Shown here: positions 32,493 to 42,700 of the stretch, one piece after another
How the letters are laid out: each line of letters starts with the position of its first letter
How positions within the stretch are numbered: position 1 is the stretch's first letter
Origin: Macrostomum lignano
Lineage: Eukaryota
Assembly (NCBI GenBank): GCA_002269645.1
Contig: NIVC01000195.1
Coordinates: 310,001 to 374,000, forward strand
Reading direction: 5' to 3'
DNA: 64,000 nt
Translations under genes and position numbers: made by a program
Notes under the pieces: generated by a model
What the model saw: the letters and a program-made list of their open reading frames with translations, nothing else
Database searches by the model: none
What the model was told of the DNA's origin: nothing

Positions 32493-35400
32493 ATGACTTC
32501 AGCATCTTCGCCGCCAGACGAGGTGGAGCTCCGTCAGGTGTCCGAGCTGCGCCCGTTCCACTCGCCGGGGTCGGCGATTCACGCTGGACACGACGGGCGT
32601 CACGTCATCTGCCAGCGCAACACCTCGGACGGCTCCTCGCTGTTCGTGGTGGACACTACAGACTGCGGCATCCGCCGGGAGCTCGTCGGCCAGACGGAGA
32701 AGGTCACGGCAGTCGCGGTGTCGCCGGCGGACTCGGCCGTCTACACGGCCAACAAGGAGCTGCTGCTGCGCCGCTGGGACTGGCAGACTGGCGAGACAGG
32801 CAGCACCTGGCGCAGCTTCCACCGCAGCCCCATCACCCTGCTGGCCGTCAGCGAGGACGGTCGACGGCTGGCCAGTGGCAGCTCGGACGGCGCCGTGCGG
32901 CTGTGGGATCGGGGAAACGGCGACACCCGGCCCTGCAGGGGGCACTCCGGCCTGCTCAGCCTCCTGCGCCTCGCTGCGGGCCAACTGTTCTCAGCTGACG
33001 GGCATGACTATCGGGTGCGCGTTTGGTCCGCCACCTCTGCCGAGCTGGGCGGAGCGCTGGAAGGCCACCAGAGCGCCGTCACCGGACTGTGCCTGATGGA
33101 TGAGGGCCGGGCCGTCACCAGCGGCAGGGATCAGGTGAGGCCGGTTTTGGTATCCTGGATCGGGTGAGGCCGGTTTTGGTATCCTGGATCGGGTGAGGCC
33201 GGTTTTGTGTCTGGGGTCGGATTTCAGGATGTCAGGGATCAGGTGTTAGGGTGTCAGGGATCAGGTGTTAGGGTGTCGGGGATCAGGTGTTAGGGTGTCA
33301 GGGATCAGGTGTTAGGGTGTCAGGGATCAGGTGTTAGGGTGTCAGGAATCAGGTGTTAGGGTGTCTGAGATCAAGTGTTAATTGTCAGGGTTTGGTGTTA
33401 GGGTGTCAGGGATCAGTTTTAGGGTGTCAGGGATAGGTTTAGGGTGTCAGGGATCAGTTTTAGGGTGTCAGGGATAGGATTCTACACCTATTAGATAAGA
33501 TTAGTATGCTAAATTTAAGTAGTCCAAGGTCGCTATTTCTCGCATTTTAGGTGCTAATTGTCTGGCAGCTGAGCAATTATTCTCGCCTAGCAACGGTACC
33601 CACCGACGAGAGTCTGGAGTGCTGCATCCGCGCCCCGGCAGGCCTGGCGGAGTCGCTGGGACTCGGGGCCGTCGCCGGCGGGCTGGTGCTGACTGGCGGC
33701 CAGTCCGGCCGGCTCAAGTTCTGGGACCTCAGCAGCAGCCGGCGCCGCTGCCTGCTGGAGCTCAGCCGCGGCGACGGCGGCCAGAGCGGCGGCGGCGGAG
33801 GCGGTGGGGAGAGCGCGGAGTACTCCCCCGGCAGCGTGCAGTGCGCCCTAACGCTGGGCGACGGCCTGCTGGTCGCCAGGCAGGCGGGCTCCGTGGAGCT
33901 GTACAGTGGCAGCGGCCGCCTCGAGGCCGAGTGGTGCGGCGCCCTCGGCGAGGTCACCTGCGTGCTGGCGGGCCCGCCAATTGGCGATGCCTCGGCTACC
34001 CGGCTGCTGCTGGCCACGGACTCCGGCCCCTTCCTTCGCGTCTTCCTGTGGCGGCCGGGCGACTCCGCTGATTGGCGCTGCCGCTCCCTGCAGCTGCACG
34101 GCGAGCTGGACTCGCTGATCTGCTGCTCGCTGCTGCCCGGCAACCGCCTTCTCACCGCTGCCAAGGGCGGCCGGGTCCGCCTTCACCGCCTCGAGGTCGC
34201 CGGCCAGAGCCTCGCCGGCGTGCGCGCCGTCCACATTGGCGACCTGGAGCCCGGCCACGAGGGTCACGTGACCGCCCTGGCCGCTACTGCCGACGGCAAT
34301 ATGGCCGCCTCCGCCTGCGAGACGCCCGTTATCAAAGCCTTCCGCATCACCGACTCCGGGCCGACCGTGGTTGCCATGGTGACCAGGCCGCACGAGAAGG
34401 CCGTCAACTGCCTGGCGGTGTCGCCTAACGACACCCTGCTGGCCGCAGGCAGCCGGGACAAGTCCGTGTCGCTCTGGTCGCTGCCCAAGCTGCGTCCCAT
34501 CGGGCGGCTCTCCGGCCACAAGCGGGGCGTCTGGAGCGTCAAGTTCAGCCGGCACCAGCAGCTGCTGGCCAGCGTCTCCGCCGACTGCTGTGCCAGAGTT
34601 TGGGACTTGCGCGACCTCAGCTGCCACCGCTGCCTGCAGGGCGACCACCCGCTGTACGACCTCGACTGGCTGGGCTCACAGCACCTTGTCACAGTGGATC
34701 AGGTGCGAGTTTTGGTGCAGCTTGTCGCCAAGCCTGCTTGTGTTTGAATATTCGCCCTGCCACCCGCCTGCATCCCCCTCCGCCCCTGCCACCTCCGCTC
34801 CTTTCACCACCTCTGCATCCACCTCCGCTCCTTTCACCACCTCTGCATCTACCTCCGCCCCTGTCACCACCTCTGCATCCACCTCCGCCCCTGTCACCAC
34901 CTCTGCATCCACCTCCGCCCCTGTCACCACCTCTGCATCCGCCTCCGCCCCTGTCACCACCTCTGCATCCACCTCCGCCCCGGTCACCACCTCTGCATCC
35001 GCCTCCGCCCCTGTCACCACCTCTGCATCCACCTCCGCCCCTGCCACCTCCGCTCCTTTCACCACCTCTGCATCCACCTCCGCTCCTTTCACCACCTCTG
35101 CATCTACCTCCGCCCCTGTCACCACCTCTGCATCCACCTCCGCCCCTGTCACCACCTCTGCATCCACCTCCGCCCCTGTCACCACCTCTGCATCCGCCTC
35201 CGCCCCTGTCACCACCTCTGCATCCACCTCCGCCCCTGTCACCACCTCTGCATCCGCCTCCGCCCCTGTCACCACCTCTGCATCCACCTCCGCCCCTGCC
35301 ACCTCCGCTCCTTTCACCACCTCTGCATCCACCTCCGCCCCTGTCACCACCTCTGCATCCGCCTCCGCCCCTGTCACCACCTCTGCATCCACCTCCGCCC

Positions 35401-36360
35401 CTGCCACCTCCGCTCCTTTCACCACCTCTGCATCCACCTCCGCCCCTGTCACCACCTCTGCATCCACCTCCGCCCCTGCCACCTCCGCTCCTTTCACCAC
35501 CTCTGCATCCGCCTCCGCCCCTGTCACCACCTCTGCATCCACCTCCGCCCCTGTCACCTCCGCCCCTGTCACCACGCTCTGCATCCGCCTCCGCCCCTGT
35601 CACCTCCGCCCCTGTCACCACGCTCTGCATCCGCCTCCGCCCCTGTCACCTCCGCCCCTGTCACCTCGGCCACTGCCAACCCGCCCCGCAGTCCGGCCTT
35701 GTTCGCGTCTGGTCGGTGCGGGACCGCGCCCCGGTGGCCACCCGGGAGGGCCACAACGGCCGCGCCTGGTGCATCGCCTCGCTGGGAGACGCCGCCCCGG
35801 CCGCTGACGCCACCGACGAAGGCACCAGCGGCTCTGGCGGCCACTGGCTCACCGGCGGTGAGGACGGCCGGCTGCTGCTTTGGCGAGATGCCACCGCCGA
35901 GGCCGTTGCCGAGCGCGCTGAAGCCCGCGCTGACGCTTTGGCGCGCGAGCAGCGCCTTCAGAATCTGCTTGGTTCCGGCCGCCTCGCCGAGGCCCTCGCC
36001 CTGGCGCTGAGCCTTGCCCAGCCATCGCGGGCGCGCGGCATCGTCGCCGACTTGGTGGCGGCCTCCGGCTGCGGCCGCCTGGACCCGCAGCTCGTGCGCG
36101 GCCTGGACGAGCCGCTGCAGCAGCGCCTGCTGGAGTTCAGCGCCGGCTGGAATTCGAACTCGCGCACCTGCCACGAGGCGCAGTGCGCCCTGCACGCCCT
36201 CCTGCTAGTGCGGACGCCACAGCAGCTGCTGGCCTGGCCCTCCGTGCGGCGCCACCTGCCCGCCCTCCTCGCTTTCACCGAGCGGCACGAAAGGCGGGCG
36301 CAGCAGCTGGCAGCGTGTCGGCACCTGATCCGCCTGCTGGCTGCCGACCCCGCTGCCTGA
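32493..36360 (+). CDS. TBL3: Transducin beta-like protein 3 / UTP13 (WD40 repeats + Utp13 domain); exons 32493-33134, 33551-34702, 35692-36360
   Basis: Multiple WD40 repeats (HEKAVNCLAVSPND.LLAAGSRDKSVSLW; GHKRGVWSVKFS). Utp13-like C-terminus (WNSNSRTCHEAQ, FTERH). Phase-0 GT-AG joins give a continuous ORF. An in-frame ATG at 32475 is an alternative start. Confidence 0.93.
33124..33478. repeat. Donor-derived arrays in TBL3 intron 1 (30-bp, then 22-bp units)
   Basis: GGATC(A/G)GGTGAGGCCGGTTTTGGTATCCT x3, then GTCAGGGATCAGGTGTTAGGGT. Confidence 0.88.
34775..35665. repeat. 30-bp C-rich minisatellite in TBL3 intron 2
   Basis: Unit CCACCTCCGCCCCTGTCACCACCTCTGCAT. Confidence 0.95.
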
Positions 36361-36554
36361 GAATGCCACTACCTGTGCCTGCTTGCTTTTATCATGAGTT
36401 GCGACCCTGCGAATGAAATAAACTGCATTTTTGACCCGATTTGAATTCATTCGGGCGCGAATTCTGGTTCAATTTTGGCCAAGTCTTTTGTTTGTTCTGC
36501 AGATAGCTTAGGGCTCTTAGTCTGGCTCAGGCCTCCGCTGTTCCGGATCCTACC

Positions 36555-37160
36555 GGGATCTCAGCAGTATCTCACATCATCCTGTAGGATACCTGTCCCA
36601 CTCACCTGGGATCTCAGCAGTATCTCACATCATCCTGTAGGATACCTGTCCCACTCACCTGGGATCTCAGCAGTATCTCACATCATCCTGTAGGATACCT
36701 GTCCCACTCACCTGGGATCTCAGCAGTATCTCACATCATCCTGTAGGATACCTGTCCCACTCACCTGGGATCTCAGCAGTATCTCACATCATCCTGTAGG
36801 ATACCTGTCCCACTCACCTGGGATCTCAGCAGTATCTCACATCATCCTGTAGGATACCTGTCCCACCCACCTGGGATCTCAGCAGTATCTCACAGCTTCA
36901 TCCTGTAGGATACCTGTCCCACCCACCTGGGATCTCAGCAGTATCTCACATCATCCTGTAGGATACCTGTCCCACTCACCTGGGATCTCAGCAGTATCTC
37001 ACATCATCCTGTAGGATACCTGTCCCACCCACCTGGGATCTCAGCAGTATCTCACAGCTTCATCCTGTAGGATACCTGTCCCACCCACCTGGGATCTCAG
37101 CAGTATCTCACATCATCCTGTAGGATACCTGTCCCACTCACCTGGGATCTCAGCAGTATC
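36555..37160. repeat. 53-bp minisatellite between TBL3 and MED27, ~11 copies
   Basis: Unit GGGATCTCAGCAGTATCTCACATCATCCTGTAGGATACCTGTCCCACTCACCT; some units are 56 bp. Confidence 0.95.
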
Positions 37161-37242
37161 TTGAATCCCATGTAGCACATTCTGAGTCCCAAGCATTAGC
37201 ATCAGAACCCCACTGTGTCGCAATCTGTGCGCCATCCCGCAG

Positions 37243-38389
37243 GAGAGCCTGAGCCACCTGTCCATCCAGAGCCTGCTGCACGTGCGCGAGCTTCGCGGCG
37301 AGCTGCTGCAGCTGCACCAGCCGGCCAGCGACGGCTCCGGGTCGTCCGGCTTCGAGCAGCTGGCCGCCACCGCCCGCAAGCTGGCCGAGAGCGTGCAGAG
37401 CCTGGACCAGCTGGCCGAGAAGATGGCGCTGGTTGCCAGGCAGCAGTACCAGCAGGCGGTCCCGCCCGACCAGCTCAGTTTGTACCCCAACATCCTGCTG
37501 GCTGACGCCGACCCGGAGCGGCACGCCGCCACAACCCAGGCGTTGTTCGGCGAACGCTGGCGCGCCGACGTCTGCGGCCTGGTGCGCGACGGCCTGGCCA
37601 CCCGCGCCCTCCTGCACGCCCGCGCCGCGCCCCGGCCGCCGCCGCTGCCGCCGCCTCCGCCGCCGCCTCCCGGTCGGGTGGAGGGCGCCAGAGTGAGTTG
37701 GCCACGCAGTCGCAGCAGATGCGGAACTTCCTGGAGCGGGAGCTGAGCCGCAGCTACCGGACCCAGTGCGAACGGCACCACCGCGACTCGGACCGCCAGC
37801 TCAGCGTCTCCGTGGAGCCCGCGTCGCCCTGCACCAATCTGGCCGTCGTCACCACCGACTGCTTCCACGTGCTGCTGTTCACAAGGGGCCTGGTTATTGA
37901 GATGGCTCAGGTGAGGCTTTGATCCTCTTTTGAGTTTTCCCATCCATCCCGCTCCCCTGGCTCAGGTGAGACTTTGATCCCCTGTTGAGTTTTCCCATTC
38001 ATCCCGCCCCCCCCCCTGGCTCCGTATTTGTGCTCAGCTGTATACCTGCAATATAATTTCGGGTTCTCCCCTGCCCGCAGGTGCTGGGCCTCGGCGAGCC
38101 GCTGCCCCGGCCCAACCAGGCCTGGCCGAGCTCCCATTTTCGCTGTTTCCGCCAGCTGACGGCCGGCCTGCTGCAGCTGCTGGTGGCCGGCAGGCAGAGC
38201 GGCGGCGGCACCAGCCTGCTGCAGCTGCTCATCAAGTGGCTCTGCGCCTTTCGCAACCTATTCATGCAGCGCTGCGCCCGCTGCGACCGCATCCTGCGGG
38301 ACCAGCTGCCGCCCACCTGGTTCGATTTTCGCAAGGACGACCGGCCAGTCTATCACCTGGCCTGCAAGAGTGCCGTGTGCGCCGCCTGA
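37243..38389 (+). CDS. MED27: Mediator complex subunit 27; exons 37243-37910 (frame break at ~37690) and 38081-38389; start codon not found in cis
   Basis: C-terminus KWL..F..LF...CARC..ILRDQLPPTW.DFR......H..C and WPSSHFRCFRQLT match the MED27 pattern. The N-terminal helices are also alignable by eye. Confidence 0.85.
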
Positions 38390-38439
38390 TTCCAGCGCTT
38401 CTGGCTTGCATTTTAAAGTGTACATTTTGTCTGGTCTAA

Positions 38440-38810
38440 GGGGATTCCCCTGTTCCATACCAACGGGATTTCCCACGTTCTATAGCGACAGGATTTCCCA
38501 CGTTCCGTAGCAACGGGAGATTCCCACGTTCCATAGCAACGGGATTTCCCACGTTCTATAGCGACAGGATTTCCCACGTTCCGTAGCAACGGGAGATTCC
38601 CACGTTCCATAGCAACGGGATTTCCCACGTTCTATAGCGACAAGATTTCCCACGTTCCGTAGCAACGGGAGATTCCCACGTTCCATAGCAACGGGATTTT
38701 CCACGTTCTATAGCGACAGGATTTCCCACGTTCCGTAGCAACCGGAGATTCCCACGTTCCATAGCAACGGGATTTCCCACGTTCTATAGCGACAGGATTT
38801 CCCATGTTTT
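38440..38810. repeat. ~25-bp minisatellite organised as a 76-bp trimer
   Basis: GGATTTCCCACGTTC(T/C)ATAGC... monomers; the period of 76 is visible in the ORF track. Confidence 0.9.
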
Positions 38811-39181
38811 ATAAAAGCGGATTCCCCTGTTCCCTAACAGTAAAATGTCCTGTTTCATAGCAAATGGTATTCCCCATTCTCATCATTTGATTCCCCTTAT
38901 TCCATAGCAAAGGTGATGCGCATCTCGCTTATCTTCAATTATTTAAAAGCTTTGACCTGCCTGCTTCTACGTGAATGAGTTCTATTTGACTGTCGGCGGA
39001 ATTCCTAAATGTATGCCATTTTGCTGTTGTGCATTCGCGTTTGTGTTGCATTTGCTACTTAAATACATCAGAGAGCGGCCTCTGCGGGCTGCGAAGTTCT
39101 GCGGCTTTTTTATTGAAAATTCAAAAAAAAAGATTTTTGTTTTGAGTCTTTACATGTACCTGCTGCAGGCCAGCTGTGGCA

Positions 39182-39432
39182 CCGGGGATTCCCGACTGGC
39201 AATCCCTGCCGCTGGCCACGGGGGATTCCCCTGACTGGAACTCCCTGCCGCTGGTCACCGAGGATTCCCCTGACTGGCAATCCCTGCCGCTGGCCACCGG
39301 GGAATCCCCTGACTGGCAATCCCTGTCGCTGGCCACCGGGGCTCCCCTGACTGGCAATCCCTGTCGCTGGCCACCGGGGCTCCCCTGACTGGCAATCCCT
39401 GTCGCTGGCCACCGGGGATTCCCCTGACTGGC
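39182..39432. repeat. 39-bp minisatellite, ~6 copies
   Basis: Unit GGGGATTCCCCTGACTGGCAATCCCTGCCGCTGGCCACC. Confidence 0.9.
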
Positions 39433-39791
39433 ACGGGATTTCCCCGATGATTTCAACCAACAAAGCAGAATTCAAGTGCAGCCAGTTTATCGAGTTGAAG
39501 GTCCCGCATGCGCTGGCGATAAACTCAAAGTCCATCGTGGATTCGTAGTGGCTTCAATTGCCAGTGGAAAACCGGTGAACAGAGTGGAAAATGGCTGGGG
39601 TGCTCCAGCTGCTCAGGCGGCTTTTTTTCCGAGTGGAAAATGCCAGATAGCATCAAAGGCTGACTGGAGCGAACCGGCTCCACACAATGGCGGCAGTGCC
39701 CGGGGTGGCGCGCAGCTGGGATGCTTTTATTTGACCGCTGGCTGCAGCTCGCGTGTGACCCAGAGCTTCGCTGAGTGCTCGCCTGTCAGTG

Positions 39792-42700
39792 ATGGAGAAG
39801 ATTCTCAGCCAGGGTGGCCAGTTTGGCCGCTTCCACTGGCGGGTGTGCAGCCTGCCGCTGCTGGTGTCCTTCATGTCCGCCTTCCACACCATGGCGCCGA
39901 TATATGTGCTCTACGACCCGCCGCACAGGTGAGCCGCTACTGAGCACTGGCTGTGCTCAAACTGCATGCATAATTAGGCGCTAACACCTGCTGCTTATGC
40001 AACTCAAGAACTATATTTGAGATTGGTAGGATTCTATGTTGCTTTAACATCTTACTTCAATTCCATGTCCTGTGACTAAAAATCATTAAAATTACACAGT
40101 TTGACTCCCTCCCTCACTTTATGAATCTTTTTATCGCGCTTTGTACACAGGGCATTACGTAGGATAAAAATTTATCATAGAAGTCCTTGGTGCAGCTGTG
40201 TAAATGGACTGCTCTATGCACAAGGCAACTTTAATCCTTTCAACTGCTCGTGGGGAGCATGCACTCTGAGAACGCTCTGAAGGTCAAAATCAGTTAATTC
40301 ATTCGTGACGGGCCGTCACGCAGTTTTCAACTAGTTGGATGAGGCGCACTGCAGCAACAGGTGGCGGCGTGAAGCTGTGCTGAGCGCGTAGGTGCAGCGA
40401 AACCCCTTGAATTTCCTTTCAACATCCATTGCCTACCTTCACATCCATCCGGGGAATTCCCTCCAGCTCAAAGACGCAAAACTAAGCGGCGCGGTGGAGG
40501 GTGGGGCCGGGGGCTGCCAGCCGGTCGCGGCACAATGCCCAGCTGCAGAGAGCAAAACTTTTCCTGCCATTTGAGTAGTTCGGGCTCTGAGTACTTATTA
40601 TGCTACGCCACTGAGCTTACAGTTTCATTTCTCTGTGGCAGAAAGGCTGGCTGGAGTTTGAGTTGTTCTCTGTCGAGGAAAGTGCAGACAGACTCCTGCA
40701 ATTCTGTGTAGATTGGCCGGGGAGCAGGTCATTTCGCCACCGTGTCTACAGACGCAAAAATGACTGAATCAAACTGGTTTGTGATCTCTACACCCACACA
40801 CCCACACTGCTTTTAGTAGTAGAGCGCATCAAAATTCGGTTTTTATTTTAATCTATAATATATTTGCTCATAAGATTGATCCACAAGTTGAAGCATCAAT
40901 TACAACAGAGTCAAGTTGCCGATATGTTTTGTGAACTTAATATGGCTGAATCGAACCAATGCTAGCTGGGGCTCTCAAGTTAATTTCGGATGTAATTAAG
41001 TTACTGTACATGCCACATCTAGAGCATTAGGGCGAAAGACAAACAGAGGAGCACTTGCTCAGAGACGGATTGTGACGGCAGTTTGGGATGCTAATATGAA
41101 ACTCAACTGAGATTATGAGCCTCGTAAGCCTCACAGTACTTCCTACAACTGCTCACGACTGAGTGCTCACCGCAGGGCTCACCGATAAGTGCTCACTGAT
41201 GAGTGCTCACTGATGAGTGCTCACTGATGAGTGCTCACAGCAGACTCTGCAACTCTGTGATCCTTTCCCGCATCCCAGGTGCCGCCTGCCCGAGGATTCC
41301 GGCTGGCACGCCAACGACAGCCTGCTGGCGCAGAGCTCCAAGCACAACGCCAGCATCCTGCAGTTCCAGCCGGAGCTGGACGCAAACGACACGAACCTGC
41401 GACGACATCGCTGCTTCATCCAAGTCAACGACAGCCTCCAGGCCTGCTCAGACTGGGTCTTCGACACGGAAGAGTTCGACAGCACGCTGGTCACCGAGGT
41501 GAGTCCGGCAGAGGCCTGCACCAGTTCTGCACTGGAGTTGATCTCTTAAGGAAAATCCATTATACTGAAAATTTATATTTAAAAGCAAAAAGCAATCCCC
41601 TGAAAGCCAGCTGTTTACGAACTAGCCTAAGATATCAAATCCCCTTTGAGCTTTGGATCAACACCATGAGCCACAGCATTTCAGCTATTCCCCATGAGCC
41701 TTGACATCTCAAGAATTCTCCCATGAGCTACAGCGTTTCATCTATTCCCTAGGGCCTTAAAATCACAGCATTTTCTCACGTGAGCCTTGACAACTCAAGC
41801 CTTTGAGCAGTCTTGTTTCACCTTCTTGCTGCCCTGAATCCCTGCAGCTCGGCCTTGTCTGCCGGAAGCGCCACTGGGCAACCGTCATCTCAACCTGCAG
41901 CTTCGCCGGCATCCTGGTGGGAATCGTGCTGTCTGGTTTCTTGGCTGACTGGTGAGACCTGACCCCTGAGACTGAGACCTGACCCCTGAGACTGAGACCT
42001 GACCCTTGAGACTGAGACCTGACCCTTAAGACTGACACCTGACCCTTGAGACTGACACCTGACCCCCGAGACTAACACCTGACCCTTGAGACTGAAACCT
42101 GACCCTTGAGACTGACAACTGACCCTTGAGACTGACAACTGACCCCTGAGACTGACACCTGACCCTTGAGACTGAGACCTGACCCCTGAGACTGAGACCT
42201 GACCCCTGAGACTGAGACCTGACCCTTGAGACTGAGACCTGACCCCTGAGACTGAGACCTGACCCTTGAGACTGAAACCTGACCCCTGAGACTGAGACCT
42301 GACCCTTGAGACTGAGACCTGACCCCTGAGACTGAGACCTGACCCTTGAGACTGAAACCTGACCCCTGAGACTGAGACCTGACCCCTGAGACTGAGACAT
42401 GACCCCTGAGACTGAGACCTGACCCCTGAGACTGAGACCTGACCCTTGAGACTGAAACCTGACCCCTGAGACTGAGACCTGACCCTTGAGACTGAGACAT
42501 GACCCCTGAGACTGACACCTGACCCCTGAGACTGAGACCTGACCCTTGAGACTGACACCTGAAGCCTCACGGACGCATGATCAGTTCTTTTGCTCAGAGG
42601 TGAAAGCAGCATCACTCGGCGCGGCTCCAAAACCCGTCCAACGCAAACCGAACCCTCCTGACCACCTGGCAGGCTGGGCAGGCGGGTCAGCCTCATCGTC

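Noticed and set aside
23144-38389. EEPD1 and MED27 as pseudogenes
   Set aside because: Each has a single 1-nt lesion at a short homopolymer with otherwise intact motifs and splice sites; an assembly error is more parsimonious.
41160-41240. CTGATGAG repeats (14-bp unit) as hammerhead or C/D-box motifs
   Set aside because: No GAAA partner or guide structure; a simple short tandem repeat.
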